Shown here: piece by piece, positions 51,379 through 64,000 of the stretch | Position numbering within the stretch: position 1 is the stretch's first letter | Layout: the number at the start of each line of letters is the position of its first letter | Program-made: the position numbers and the translations under genes | The notes under the pieces: model-generated | What the model was told of the DNA's origin: nothing | Databases searched by the model: none | What the model saw: only the letters and a program-made list of their open reading frames with translations | Origin: Lingula anatina | Taxonomy: Eukaryota; Animalia; Brachiopoda | Reading direction: 5' to 3' | Assembly (NCBI GenBank): GCA_051362555.1 | Contig: CM120645.1 | Span: forward strand, 10,788,001 to 10,852,000 | Length of the DNA stretch: 64,000 nucleotides

Positions 51379-54300
51379 ATGGAAAACGGAAGGATACCTT
51401 TGTACTCGTGCATATTGGTTTTGCAGCTTTCTTTCGGCTGTGGGATACTCCGGGCAGCAACACTGAACCTCTGGAACATTATGTTTCACTGGGAAGTGCG
51501 AAAGTATCGGATAGCCGAAATGGTAATCCTCTCTCTCTCTCTCTTTCGTGCCCATCTTTATACATGATATCAAAATTTTAAAAAATTTTTAAAACACGCA
51601 ACACTTGTATATTACTATCATAATTTGTAAATGTCAGTATCATATACCAGCAGTGGTTTCTTTAGACGTATATTGACAGATACAGATACTGTACAGTACG
51701 TACTGTAGTACAGTAAGTGTAAATCAATATTAAGCCCTTTATCATAGATCTTAGCCCACAGTTTATTTCCTTTGCAGATCAAAACTGTTCACCCTGACTT
51801 GATAGCATTACAGGAAGTCAGAGCAAGCGAGAAGGGGAAGCACACACAAATAGCAGAACTTCAAGCACTTCTTCCTGAATATAAATGGAGTCATTTCCAT
51901 CCAGTCAATGAAGTGGAACAGGTGCAAGACAGTTACTTGTCGGGATGGGAGAAAGAAGGTAAAACATATAAGAACAGTCATTTATATTACTGCTATACCA
52001 TATAGATCTTTTGGCAAGACCATTTGCTAGTACTTCACTTTCAAACAGACTTGTACGTGTAGATGCAGCTGGTGGATTAGGGATTATTGGCAACAAAATT
52101 AATAAATTTAAAAAAAGAGACCTACCTTTTTGGCATGCATTCTATTGTTTGGACAATGAAGCAAGTAGGGGATATGTATGCATTTCATTTGGTATGGACA
52201 TATCTATAGTATGTTGAACATATTCCAAATTGAATTTAACATAATTTCAGGTATAGGAGTACTAAGTAGACATCCCATGATTTTGACCAAGATTCAGCCT
52301 CTCATATACAACAAAGGTCCAGACACAAACAAGCGTGTTGTTGTGCACATGCGTATTGGCATTAGAGGAATGGGGATCTTCAACTTGGCTGTAGTGCATT
52401 TTTCTTATGACAGGCAGCAGCAGTGCAGTAATGCGAGAGATGTGCTGGGGCATATTGAACGTGAGCATGATTAATGTGAAAGTGATAGTTAACACTTCTA
52501 TCTTATAGCATATTGAACATGAGCATGATTAATGTGAAAGTGATAACACTTCTATCTTATAGCATATTGAACGTGAGCATGATTAACGTGAAAGTGATAG
52601 CACTTCTATCTGATAGCATATTGAACGTGAGCATGATTAATGTGAAAGTGATAACACTTCTATCTTATAGCACATTGAACGTGAGCGTGATTAATGTGAA
52701 AGTGATAACACTTCTATCTTATAGCATATTGAACGTGAGCATGATTAACCTGAAATTGATAGCACTTCTATTATAGCATACTAGTATTGAACTTGAGCAT
52801 GATTAACATGAAAGTGATAGCAGTTTTAGCTTATTGAACATAAGTTTGAATAACCTGAAAGTGATAAAAGTTATAACTTATAGCATATTGAATGCGAATA
52901 TGATTAACATTATAGTGATAAAGGTGTTATCTTTTCTACATACATTGATTTAAGACTTTCCAAATGATCATTTCATAAATACCAGTAGATTCTTGGAGTG
53001 GACACTGAAATATACAAGGTTGAAGAATATTGATTCAAAGTTTGATTTAAGAGAAACAATTATAATGTAAAATTACCTTTTCACACTTTGTGTAAAGCTG
53101 TAATAACAGTTTTCTGTGAATGAAACATCCTTAATGTTTTTCTCACACCCTGCGTTTACGCTGCACACGTCTTTTGTAGGAAATCATCTGAGAAATGTCG
53201 TAATTCTGGGAGACTTCAACACTTACACAGATTTCGAGATGCCAATCCATCTGTTGACCAGTTATAAATGGAGCAAGAAAAAGTGCTATGCTGACAGCCA
53301 GTTCCGCTATGGTGGGCCGCGTTTTAGAGATGTTTGGACATCACTACAGTACAGCCACGAGGAAGGCTTGACATTTAGTAATATGGTAATTATTTGTAGA
53401 TTTTTTGTACATGATTTATGCATGATTTTAATGTAGATTTCTAGGTTTTCTGCCTTTACAGTGACATTTTTTTGCACTGTTGCCTTCAGTAACACAAATG
53501 ATAATTGTTATTGTAGTGTTTAAGTTTTTTTTTTTTCATTGCAGGTTTTTCTTAGAATCAGTTAACTGTATTTAAAATATCAAGTTTTCTTTATTACAAA
53601 ACACACTGAAAATTAAGTAGGCCATGTAGGATATCTTTTTCATTGTGACATACAGCATTAAGTCGGCAGTTTGGTTCCATGGCATAATGATGATAAGCTT
53701 TCACCTTGACTTGCTAGGCAGATGTAAAATACTTGATTAAGATAAATTCACTGGAATGTGTAATGAACTGGGATTGGAAATAAGCTCAGCTTTGACTTGT
53801 ATTGCTTGATACGTCAGCAGGTTTTTTTGGTAAATAGAAGAGTTTACCTCTGAATCTGGGGAGAGGAAGGGGGGGGGGTACCTGGTCCATTATGCCCTCC
53901 CCCTTCCCCAGACCCACTGTTAATGCATTATTATTATTATTATGTATTTTGTATTTTATATCTACCCCCCACCCCCCTTTTTTTTTCAATTTCAGCCCAC
54001 CCCAGGTTTGGAGAGTCGTCCAGATAGGATACTGGTGTCCACTGGGGTCAAGGTCCTGACGGCGAGACTGGACGGAAGTGGTACTGCGTACAGGGACAGG
54101 TACTACCAAGCAATACTACGAGAGAGGTTTTACCGCATTTTAGAGGCGTCCCAGAATGCACGGCAAGGGTTTAAAGGTTATTCATGCCCTCACGATTGCG
54201 GTCCCAGAGCTTCCTGTCGCTGCGGAGTTTGCGTTCGCGGTGGAAACCAGAAGACTTGTCTGGTACCCTACTGTACTGAATGTCTGCCTGAACTGTACAC

Positions 54301-54685
54301 ACATATTCAAATGACTGTGATCCTTCTCATATTCTGCATTGGACAGTTAATCTTCGCTATGCTACAAGTTATGTTCACGATGAACCGAATCCAGCAGCTG
54401 AGAAAATCGCCATTCATACTGTGTCTGTTCAACCCCGAGTTGTACATCAGCTTATCTTCGTTCACAAAGAGAGCCAAGCAGTCTGTTATCTTCCAATACT
54501 GCCCACTGTGCTATCTTCCTCCGGGACCTCAGGTGTTATACTGCATTCTCTGCCTGACTCTGGCAGCAAGTTTTGGCTACTGGTTACTGGGGGATAGTTT
54601 GAGGCTGGTGTACGCTGTGCCTGATGAAGCCCTCCATGCCTCAGACCACATGATGTTGACAGCAGACCTCTTTGCTAAACTGTAG
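51379..54685 (+). CDS. Endonuclease/exonuclease/phosphatase (EEP) family protein with signal peptide and internal Cys-rich + two-TM insertion, ~476 aa, 5 coding exons
   Basis: Exons 51379-51522, 51778-51958, 52251-52460, 53180-53385, 53996-54685; 1431 nt open, phases compatible. Motifs TLNLWN, LQEV, GVLSRHP, VVHFS, LGDFN, DVW..G.TF, RPDRI, ASDH. Confidence 0.88.
52450..52920. repeat. Minisatellite, ~8-9 units of ~54 bp, starting in the last 10 nt of EEP exon 3
   Basis: Unit gcatattgaacgtgagcatgattaatgtgaaagtgataacacttctatcttata at 52450, 52508, 52562, 52616, 52670 and 52724, then decaying. Confidence 0.95.
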
Positions 54686-57547
54686 TATCTGCTTATTGTA
54701 TATTATAACTATTATTATTGTTGTTGTTGTTGTTGTTGTTGTGGTTCAGGGCTAGGGGCCATCTCAGAAGATGTTTTTTTGTGAGGGGGAGTGTCTATAA
54801 TTATCTGCCAGTGAGAAATATTGCTTATGTGTTATATAAGTCTTTTGTATTCGTGGATATATCTCTAAAAAACCAAGGGTTAGTGCACATAATTTATAAA
54901 TTTTTTTTCTGTCACAAGATTTCTGTTTAAATGGGGCGATTTTATCTGAATATGTTTTTATATATATACAGAAACTATAAGAGTACACTGTATGAAAAAT
55001 TATTTTAAAATGATTGAAATATTATGGAATATAATTGTTATAGACAACTTTTAAAATGTGAACATAAACTTTGTTACTTGCTGTTAAAGTACTTTTCTGT
55101 CAGCATTGGGCTAATGATGGAGAAATATATGCAAAAAAGCAAATAAAATAAATATATCTCAAGTTTCAAGGAATTTTAAAATAAAATAGAATTGGCAGTT
55201 AGTGTCAAATTATAGCGACAGTTACAGCATGGACAATCACAAGCAACCAAAATTGAAATCCGATGTCAGAAATAAAAATGCACACATCTTTCTTTTTGCA
55301 CACCTAGTTTATTACAAATTAATCTCTTTATTTAAAAAGTATTCCTGTGTGACTATGGTTTGAATTAAATGCATGTTTCAAACAGATTCCATTTTGGTCC
55401 TATTATACTTATTGGACACCCATAAAACATTTTTAGTTGTAGACCAATCCCAATGTTTGATGAATCTTTAGAGCTAAATCTTTTACGAGTGAAATACTGG
55501 TAAAAGTGCATTGAAGACCACATGTAGGCTATCTTGCTGACCATCTTGCCAACCTATGGAAGATCATGAATAGTTCCACATAATAGAAACCCATTTGCAC
55601 TCCATTGTACTGGATCAGAAGTAGTGGTAAGTGGTGCCATCTACAGTTAATCTGGTGCTAGTTGAGAAAACTGTCTGCACTGGAGTTCTGGTTCATGCAT
55701 GTACTTTGCAATAATACAACTTTACAAAAAACAATACTTGAAAGAAAAAGTGGACAGCATTTAGAAAAAGTGAAGGCTATATAAAATGTAATGACTTAAA
55801 GGCTTCACCATTGCAGATAACATTTAAAAGAGTTATATTATTATGTCCAGCATGTAAATGCATGTAAGGTTACTTGACAGACAATGACTACATTCAAAAT
55901 ATTGGAAAATTAAAAGATGATATAAAGTATAATTACAGATGAAGAATACTAGAGCGGTATAGGTCACCATATAAAACGGGGCTATAAATTATTCTACATC
56001 ACTTCACAACACAGACATGCCATTTGGGAATTTCAAATTTAGTAAAAGATACAAATTCAGACTAATATCTTTCATTGTGTGAATCTCAGTGATTTTTAAC
56101 CAAAAGACAAACCTGATAGCATCACACTAACTTTTGAGGCTAATGTTGCTTACCACATTTATCTTAATGTTAATAATTTAAAACCTAAAAAAAAAATGTA
56201 TATATGCACAAAGTCCATATCCGAATAAATACATAATATAATACAAATTGGAAAGCTTTCTTATAATCCATGTCCTTCAAAAATTCACATCAAGGAAAAA
56301 TTTGCCCCCCCCCCCCCCAAAAAAAAATCCTTTCCATATTAAATCCATAACCGGTTAGATATAATAAAAAATGGAGATATTTCACGTCTTCCACTATGTA
56401 GAAAGGAAACAATCCCGACAGTGGACTGAAGATCTTATATAATCAAAAGGCACAGAACTGATTTTGTGACATTTACCATGTGCGCTTACTGTGTCAAATA
56501 AATGAAACCCTGTGTTTCTTCTAGCTACCAATGAAAGTCCATCATATCATTTTTTTTTTTTTTTTTTAGAGCCAATTAGTTTTTATTAATTTAGCGAGAA
56601 GTCATTGGCAACTATTATGTGTTCACAGGGAATTACTAAAAGTTTAAGCTGTCCAAATATTAATTTTGTTTCTGCAAATGGTATAATCATGTGAAATCCA
56701 AGTTTTACTTCATAGAAAATAATTTACCTGACAGGCTGAAATACTTCATTTGAACTACCACAGTACTGCAGCTCTCACCAAATAGGTATATACATTAGCC
56801 TGCAGTGTTCTAAAAATGAGATAATACTGCTCTAACAATAAATATAATGAGCACAAAGGACACAACGCTGAGCACAGTTACATATGGTTGTAGTATTAAT
56901 AGGAAAATACCTCCAAAATTATTTGGTATAATATTGTATTATGCTAGTTTACATGACACAGCACTGCATGTACATTAGACTGCTGTTAATCAATCCAAAT
57001 ATATTAAGTAAAAACAGATTTAAAAGGGAGTCTCCAACAGTACCTAACTCCATAGTGTACTGTACTGTAGGAATGTTATTTAGATTTTAAAAATACCACA
57101 CTGGAATTATTTGCACATATTATAAGCTGCACAAAAGTTATAAAATAAAGATCTTTTAATAAATGCTATATAAATGGAAGTCTATCACAGATGCTTTTAC
57201 ACAATAATAACTGGACAATGGGAACAACTACTGAATATTCCCCAATCCTGATGTACATTGGAATGTGAACATCTTATGGAGTTCAGTTTGGTATCTCAGA
57301 AAGAATGCAATACAGGTACATATGGACACAGTTTGTATGTTTCAAAATGGAGAACCAAATGCAGTCAAAACTGAATTTAATGAATTAAGAGTACATCAAA
57401 AATTTACAGACCGTATTATGTCTAAAATGAAAGATCTTATAGGAACTAGTAGCCTTAACTTTCCTGGAAGTGGAATTTTTCCACATTCAAAGATTTCCCT
57501 GTCATTTCAAGTCCACATTTATATCCATGAATAACATCACCCACTGT

Positions 57548-60328
57548 CTACACCTGGTCCTTCTCAAGCTCCCCAGGCATGTTGTAAGTGGCAGGTCCAG
57601 GAACCTCGCTAGAATCCAGTGGCATCACAGGGGTGAGGGAGTTACGCCCAGGGGTGTTGGGCTGGGAAGACACCATCTCTCCACCAATACCCACAGACAG
57701 ACTGTTAGATGACTGCTCTCTTTTCATTGGCTCACTGTTCTCTTCATTCTGACTGGTGGATCCTCTCGACTTCAGACTCTGGCTCCCAGTTGATGGTCTT
57801 AAATCTGGGTCTGAAGACTTTAGATCAGTGGTAGATGGCACAAATGTTGACTCAGGTGCCGAGTGCAGGGTAAACCCAGTGGTTGCACTGACTTGAGTTA
57901 CTTCTCTGTTGTAGTGGGTTGTCTGTATGGTGGGGTCCCCTGAGGAGGTAATCGTGGTCCTGTAACGCCCCTCAGACTCCTCATTAGATCCTTCCGATGG
58001 ATCAATCTTCTGCTTCTTACCCCTAGAAAAGTCAACAGACATAATTAACACGTTGTTAGTGTGGAACTGTTACAGCAACTGTGGACATTGCTGCTCAAAA
58101 AATGTTATCTCGAGACACATGCATGATAAATGTTTTTTTTTATTTTCCTTTTTTTTGTTGGCCTATAAAAAAGTCTAGAGCAAATAGTGAAGATGAAAAA
58201 AAAAAAACACATGTACAGGAAGATTCAACAAAATACTTCTGTATTCTACCCAATGCCAGGAGGCGTGTCATTCAGTTAAACTGTTTGCACTCAGTAAGAG
58301 TCCCCGCAGAATTGGCTCCATCAATTCCATGGGAATGATCACCCTTATAGCTAGCTATCTGGAATGATTCCCATCCCCTCCCAGTTTACTCAACAAGCTG
58401 TGAGCCAGACTGAACACTTACTTCATCACCACCAGGACCACCACCACTATGACAACTATCAGGACACAGGTGCCAAGCACACCCCCAACTATATACGCCC
58501 ATGTCATGTCCGTTGGGGCTGGGGCCACTGCCTCAGTAGTGTTAGAGACTAATGTGGTCTGATATTGGAAAAGAGTTCAGGTATATATCATTAGATTAAA
58601 CAAGAGTGTGAAACATGACAATCAAGTATGATCTCCATAAATATTCTGCATTAACAGCGATTATAATACCAAGAGAAAGCATATTAATTAGCAAATTGAA
58701 ATCAAAGGTACATGTACTATAAGACACCATGAATTATTATGGTAATATTCAGTAGAGTCAAATAGCAATTTAAATACTTAAACTTTGCTTGCACTAATTA
58801 TGTCCCAAACCCAGTGTTTATTTTAATTTCTTTAATCATATTTCAAATAGTTTTTTATTGCATATTTTAATATTAAACAATTATCACAATGAACAGTTCA
58901 AAAAGATGTCTAAAGTTGTGTCACAGATGCAGTGGCTTACATTAAGAGGTGCTGCAGTGGTCGTCTGGTCCGCTGGGGTGATGACTGCCAAGATGACACT
59001 GAGGCTGGGGTATGCTGATGACACAACTGCCAGGATGGATGTAGCCCTGGAACAATACCAAACAGAGTAATTATCACACCACATGTCTGGTGGTTGAAAG
59101 AAAGAAAGAAAAAGAAAGAAAGTAAACATCTCAAACTTAGCTTTCAATTTCTTGATGATCTTATTTACCTGGCCAGGCGTGTCATCACACATGGAGAGAG
59201 TGAGTTAGTGCGAGATATAATGTCAAGAAAGTACTGTATTCCTACAGCTCACTAAATCTGCAGTCCCCTAGCTCATATAGAGTATTGATTTTGAAGTAGC
59301 GCGCGTGCACACACACACACACACATGCACACTACAACATATAAATATGCTACTTACGCACTATGCACAGTAGTCTGTAGTGTTGCCTGGTCAATGACAA
59401 GCTCTGTGGAAGTGTCCAAGTTAACTGAAGTAAATAGATAAGGAACAGATAAGGTAAAGATACATATAGTACATGTGCATGTCACCATAATCATATACAT
59501 ATTATGTATGATTGTTATATACATGTTTTCAATCATGAAATTGTACTTTTATGTAGTAAAGTAAACCAGTTGATTGATATTTACATGGACTGTTTATATA
59601 ACAAGTAAAGTTAATTGAAAATGGAGCTAGACTTGTAGATACATGAAAAGTGGAAAAATTATGTTCTCGTACGATAGGATCATAGATAAAAACGCTGGAA
59701 ACAATGCACTGCTGTATAATCAGACTGCTTCTGAAAGTTACTTTACATTAGTAAAAAATATTGAAATGTGTATTTCTTTTTTCATATTTATCAGCAAGTA
59801 AAAAAAAAAAAAACATACTACCGGTATTCTATAACTCTCCGCTATACCAGTATGTTTTACAGTGGGTGCATGTGTGCATGTTAGCATGCGATTACTCAAG
59901 TGCTCACCTGCTCGTTTCTTTCTGCCTGATGTGATCACACCAGAAGCACACAAGTCATTGTCCCTGGGGGCCTTGGCTACCACCAGGAGATCCGTCTTGG
60001 TGGCATCAAATGGGTTGGGGCGAGGATAGCTGCCACCGATCTGGACAAAGGATGTGTTAGTGAAGGCCAGTGTTTCATTGCCAGTGCTGTTTCTGAAAAA
60101 GGTTGAAAAAATGTATGCATCAGGTGGGTTCTCAGGTGAGTTGGTTCTCAAGATGTGCTAAAAGAAATTACTAGGTAAGACATAAATGGTTTTGTGCAAA
60201 TGCATTAAATGAAACATCCCTATCTCTCTGTGTGTGTGTGGGAAGAATAAACTTCTAACTGACCATGCATGCTTCAGTTTTAGCATTGTGAGTCCATCAT
60301 GCATTCTCTCTCTCTCTCTCTCTCTCTG

Positions 60329-60367
<39 letters not shown>

Positions 60368-63300
60368 ACTGACCTTGTTCCGCTGTTAGGACAGCAGACA
60401 CTAAAGGAGCTGGGCAGGTTACAGAAGTCATTCACAGCAGTCACTATCACACTGACAATAAGGTCCTTGATGGAGGTCACCTAAATTAACACAAAGTTTC
60501 TATTAGATCAGAAAGCGTAGCACCATTAAAGTAAATGTGAAGTTGCACTAGTTTATTTCCACTAAAAGTAAGTTATAACTTCTTTTTTGATGATTTTGCT
60601 AATTCTGCACATTACTGTCATGTTGGCAACTGTCAAAGCCTAACAAGTCTGCATGAAGAGGGGTGAAAGAATCGCTCACCTGAGCAACTGTGACATTAGT
60701 CAGGGTAACAATGACACCATATGTCCTCTCTGTGGCAGTTACTGAAAAAAATACAGTCACATTGATTTTTTTTCCATACAAGTCACAAATATGCCTAAAA
60801 AATTCATAACTTGGCAGTTTCACTATTGCAAGCATGAGCAAATTTGAAGCTCCCAAAACAATCCAAAACAATTTAACATATAAAATCTCAAAAATGGATT
60901 AATACATCTTAGTATATTGATACATTTTAAGTAACATAAACAAATAGAAAGCTATATATTATGAAAACAAGAAGAGAAAGAATGATGTAATTTTTTTCTT
61001 CAGTCAGCAGTTAATATTGAGATAGTTTTTACCTTTAATATTTCGATGTCTAGCAGGACATCTGGAGGTAAAAACTACGTAGTATTATATATAATATTAG
61101 CTGTTGACTGAAGGAAAAAAAATTACATCATTCTTATAACATAACACAGCTGATGAAATTCTTCTCAGAAGAAGAGACAGATAAAGAAAAACACTCACAT
61201 GGGCAGTACTCAGTGTTGCAGGCCTGGACTTCTGTGTAGTCTCCAGAGCATGGCAGACCATTGGCCACCTGTGTAGGGTTTGTACAGGAACGGTTCCTCC
61301 ACTGGGTCCCACCATCACAGGTCACAGTACAATCAGACCAGTTCCCCCAGGCTGTGAAACCACCATCACGATCTGAATGAAACAGATAACAATAATAATA
61401 ATATTTATTGTTAATCTAAAATCCATATATAAAATGTTCAGTAGACTTTACAGGAGTAAAATGAACAGAATAAGATGAATAATTTCAATGATTAAATACA
61501 GGCGGATATATTATTGAAGTATTAAAATATATAGTGCAATGTTAAGATTAAAAGTCAGTCAAATCAGAAAAGTCTCAGTCTCCATTAGCATTACATTGAC
61601 ATTTTCAAAATCATGACATAATCTGTGAAATTACTGCAAATTATAAATTATGACTTAGATATCTTAAAACTGTTAAGTATAATCCCGATATAAAACGTAA
61701 GAGATACCAAGTGCATAATTCTCTTTAAACAGAAAAATAAAAAATATATATATAATACTCACCATTGCATTCCAGTCCAGTGGCACTGAGTTTGTACCCA
61801 TTGGTACACGTGCACCGATAGCCACCCACCAAGTTCGTGCAGGCAATGTTACTACCAATACATGGGTTGCTTGTTGCACACTCATCTTTGTCTGGAGAAA
61901 TAATTGTGAAATAAGAAATAATCCAATCAATTAATATAATTATGGAATTTTAAGCATTATGGTAAAATATTTTTTAAATATTAGCAGATAGTGAGAGTTT
62001 TCCAGTACCATGGCACAATGTATGTCATAGATTACAAATACATAATGACATATATCATAATTCTACTGTTATGCAGGGGCGTAACCAGGCATACGCACGG
62101 ATGCACTGTGCGTACAATTTTTTGAGCCAACCATGATATTATTCTCCACAAATTCAGTATATTTTTCACGGAATATAATCGTACCTGGGAATTTTCAAAA
62201 TCTGTGCGTACAATTTTAAAAGGTCTGGTTACGCCCCTGTTATGGGGAATTGTGAACACAATGGTACCCCCCCCCCCCCAATAAAAAATAATAATTAATA
62301 AATAAATAAATAATAATCATAACTGGCATTTCTACATAGTATTACATTGTTTAGAGCTGCTTAATCAGGTTGGGGGCAGGAATGATAATAAACTACCCAC
62401 CTATACAAGTCCTGCCATCAGATCCCAGCTGGTAAAAGTTGTTCTGACACAGACATGTATCTGATCCATTCACCACAGCACACAGATCACTGCAGCCATG
62501 GCCAGCAGCACAACTGGTCTTCACTGGAATAATACACATTATAGGAACTTACTGGTCTGTTCATTTTTTCTTCTTAAGTTCAAAAAGGGCAACGGATACT
62601 TTTACTCCTATTTTTTCTGCACTCATACTGGATAGGAAACACCTGATGGTGTTGAACCATATTTGTGTTGTCAGCTTTTCCAAATTTGTATAACAAATAA
62701 AATTAAATTAAAAATCTGATATCACGGTTTTAATATTTTGATATAGCAAATGTCACAGAACTGGTTTTCACTTGTTTGATTAAGATTTTCTACTGAGAAG
62801 GAAATATTCACATATCTAGATAAGATGTTTGTTATGAAATAAATTATCATGCCATTTTTGTTCATTATTTTTGAATCTTAGATCTTTAAGCAGAGGACAA
62901 AAACAACAATCTACAAAAGATTTTTACAATGTCTTAAAATATAAAATTATATCATAAGTTTTACAGATCTTTATCACAGCTATTTACGACCGATTTATTT
63001 TCTTATATTAGATTCATATATTAGCATGATGTAAGTCAAAAGTCTGCACTCTCTGAGTGGTTTTCATAGTACTGCGTACCTGTGCAGTTCTTCTGGTCGG
63101 CAGCCAGTACAAAGCCAGGCTGGCAGTCACATCTGAAGGTACCGTCAGTGTTCACACACAGCTGGCTACAGTCATGTCGGGGGTTGGCTGCATCACACTC
63201 ATTGATGTCTGGGGGAGAGAAAAGGGGCAGGGTTTTACAACTGTTTCATTGTTATTATCTTTTTCATCATTAATGCTATCGATATCATTATCATAGTTGT

Positions 63301-63401
63301 TATCATTACTTCTTTTTTATTAATATGTTATCAGAATTGTCTATTATTGTCTTTTTCATTACCCTTATGACTTTTATCAATATTATCATTGTTATCATAT
63401 C

Positions 63402-63452
<51 letters not shown>

Positions 63453-63869
63453 CACTGCCATTTATTTTATCATTTCTCTCATTATTATCTGACTCATTAT
63501 TTGCTCAAACCCAAGGCACTACTAGCATATAAGATATCAAGGGCTATAAGCCACTCTGCTCAATAATTGCCTATACATATGTATACCAGAACGTGGACCC
63601 ACCATCACAGACTCTCCTGTCATCAGCCAGCAGGTAGCCAGTGCGACAGCTGCAGTTGTAGGAGCCAGGGTAATTATGGCACTGACCACGCCCCCTCAGG
63701 ACATCACAGCCACCAGAGTCTGCGGCCAGACACTCGTCCAGGTCAGTGCAGGTCACGCCGTCCCCAGTGTAGCCAGAGACACAGGCGCAGGTGTAGGCCC
63801 CCTCTGTGTTGGTGCATACCCCCAGGGAGGCATGGCAGGCGTGGGTGCCCTCACTGCATTCATTGGTGT
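57548..63869 (-). CDS. 3' part of a type I membrane protein with calcium-binding EGF repeats, a TSP1 repeat, a juxtamembrane module with RKKR site, TM and S/T-rich tail (5' end outside window)
   Basis: cbEGF exons ~63869-63603 (DTNECSEG..., DLDEC...), ~63208-63080 (DINEC), ~62524-62400, ~61889-61763. TSP1 exon ~61372-61199 (WGNWSDCTVTCDGGTQWRNRSC). Small exons from 60741 to 58940. TM exon ~58558-58421 (WAYIVGGVLGTCVLIVVIVVVVLVVM). Last exon ~58022-57548 ends ELEKDQV*. Confidence 0.88.
62074..62239. mobile_element. 166-bp intronic MITE
   Basis: Perfect 15-bp TIRs caggggcgtaaccag/ctggttacgcccctg, ttatg duplicated on both sides, internal ctgtgcgtacaatttt repeat. Confidence 0.85.
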
Positions 63870-64000
63870 CTATAGGGTTAAGTAAAATAAATGTGAAATT
63901 CAGAAATGTTAATGAGGGATTTCAAAATAGTTGGAAAACACCACAGTTGATGTAAGAATTTCCCTATTTCTGAATTTTCTCTCAAAATCCAAAAAATATT

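Noticed and set aside
51143-51573. Minus-strand ORFs overlapping EEP exon 1
   Set aside because: No motifs or splice support; antisense to a well-supported exon.
52450-52920. Regularly spaced repeats as a CRISPR-like array, and the repetitive 87-aa ORF 52513-52776
   Set aside because: Units are contiguous with no unique spacers, no cas genes are present and the context is a eukaryotic intron; the ORF is a by-product of a 54-bp (multiple of 3) unit.
54700-57540. Hidden gene or ncRNA between the convergent EEP and EGF genes
   Set aside because: AT-rich, with no exon-like ORFs or structured repeats; consistent with 3' UTRs.

Overview
AT-rich, intron-containing eukaryotic DNA with many microsatellites and transposable elements; most likely a marine invertebrate (lophotrochozoan-like; an inference, not determinable from sequence alone). 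Left half (3-28 kb): a rearranged family of single-CUB-domain/mucin-stalk genes. Copy A is intact and membrane-anchored, copy B lost its TM segment, and there are two inverted pseudogene pieces. It is tangled with an env-bearing LTR-retrotransposon relic, a ~2 kb inverted duplication, a young 5'-truncated LINE, a decayed DNA transposon and several MITEs. Right half: a spliced 446-aa IDO/TDO-superfamily heme-oxygenase-like gene that resembles an uncharacterised fungal family rather than metazoan IDO, head-to-head with an intact 12-exon secreted multicopper oxidase (laccase-like). Then a complete but dead DD34E Tc1 element, a signal-peptide EEP phosphoesterase whose final catalytic SDH motif is separated from the rest of the domain by a Cys-rich + two-TM insertion, and the 3' part of a cbEGF/TSP1 type I membrane protein. 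No rRNA, tRNA or CRISPR seen. Exon models were assembled by hand from GT-AG sites and phase compatibility; family assignments come from motif recognition, not database searches.
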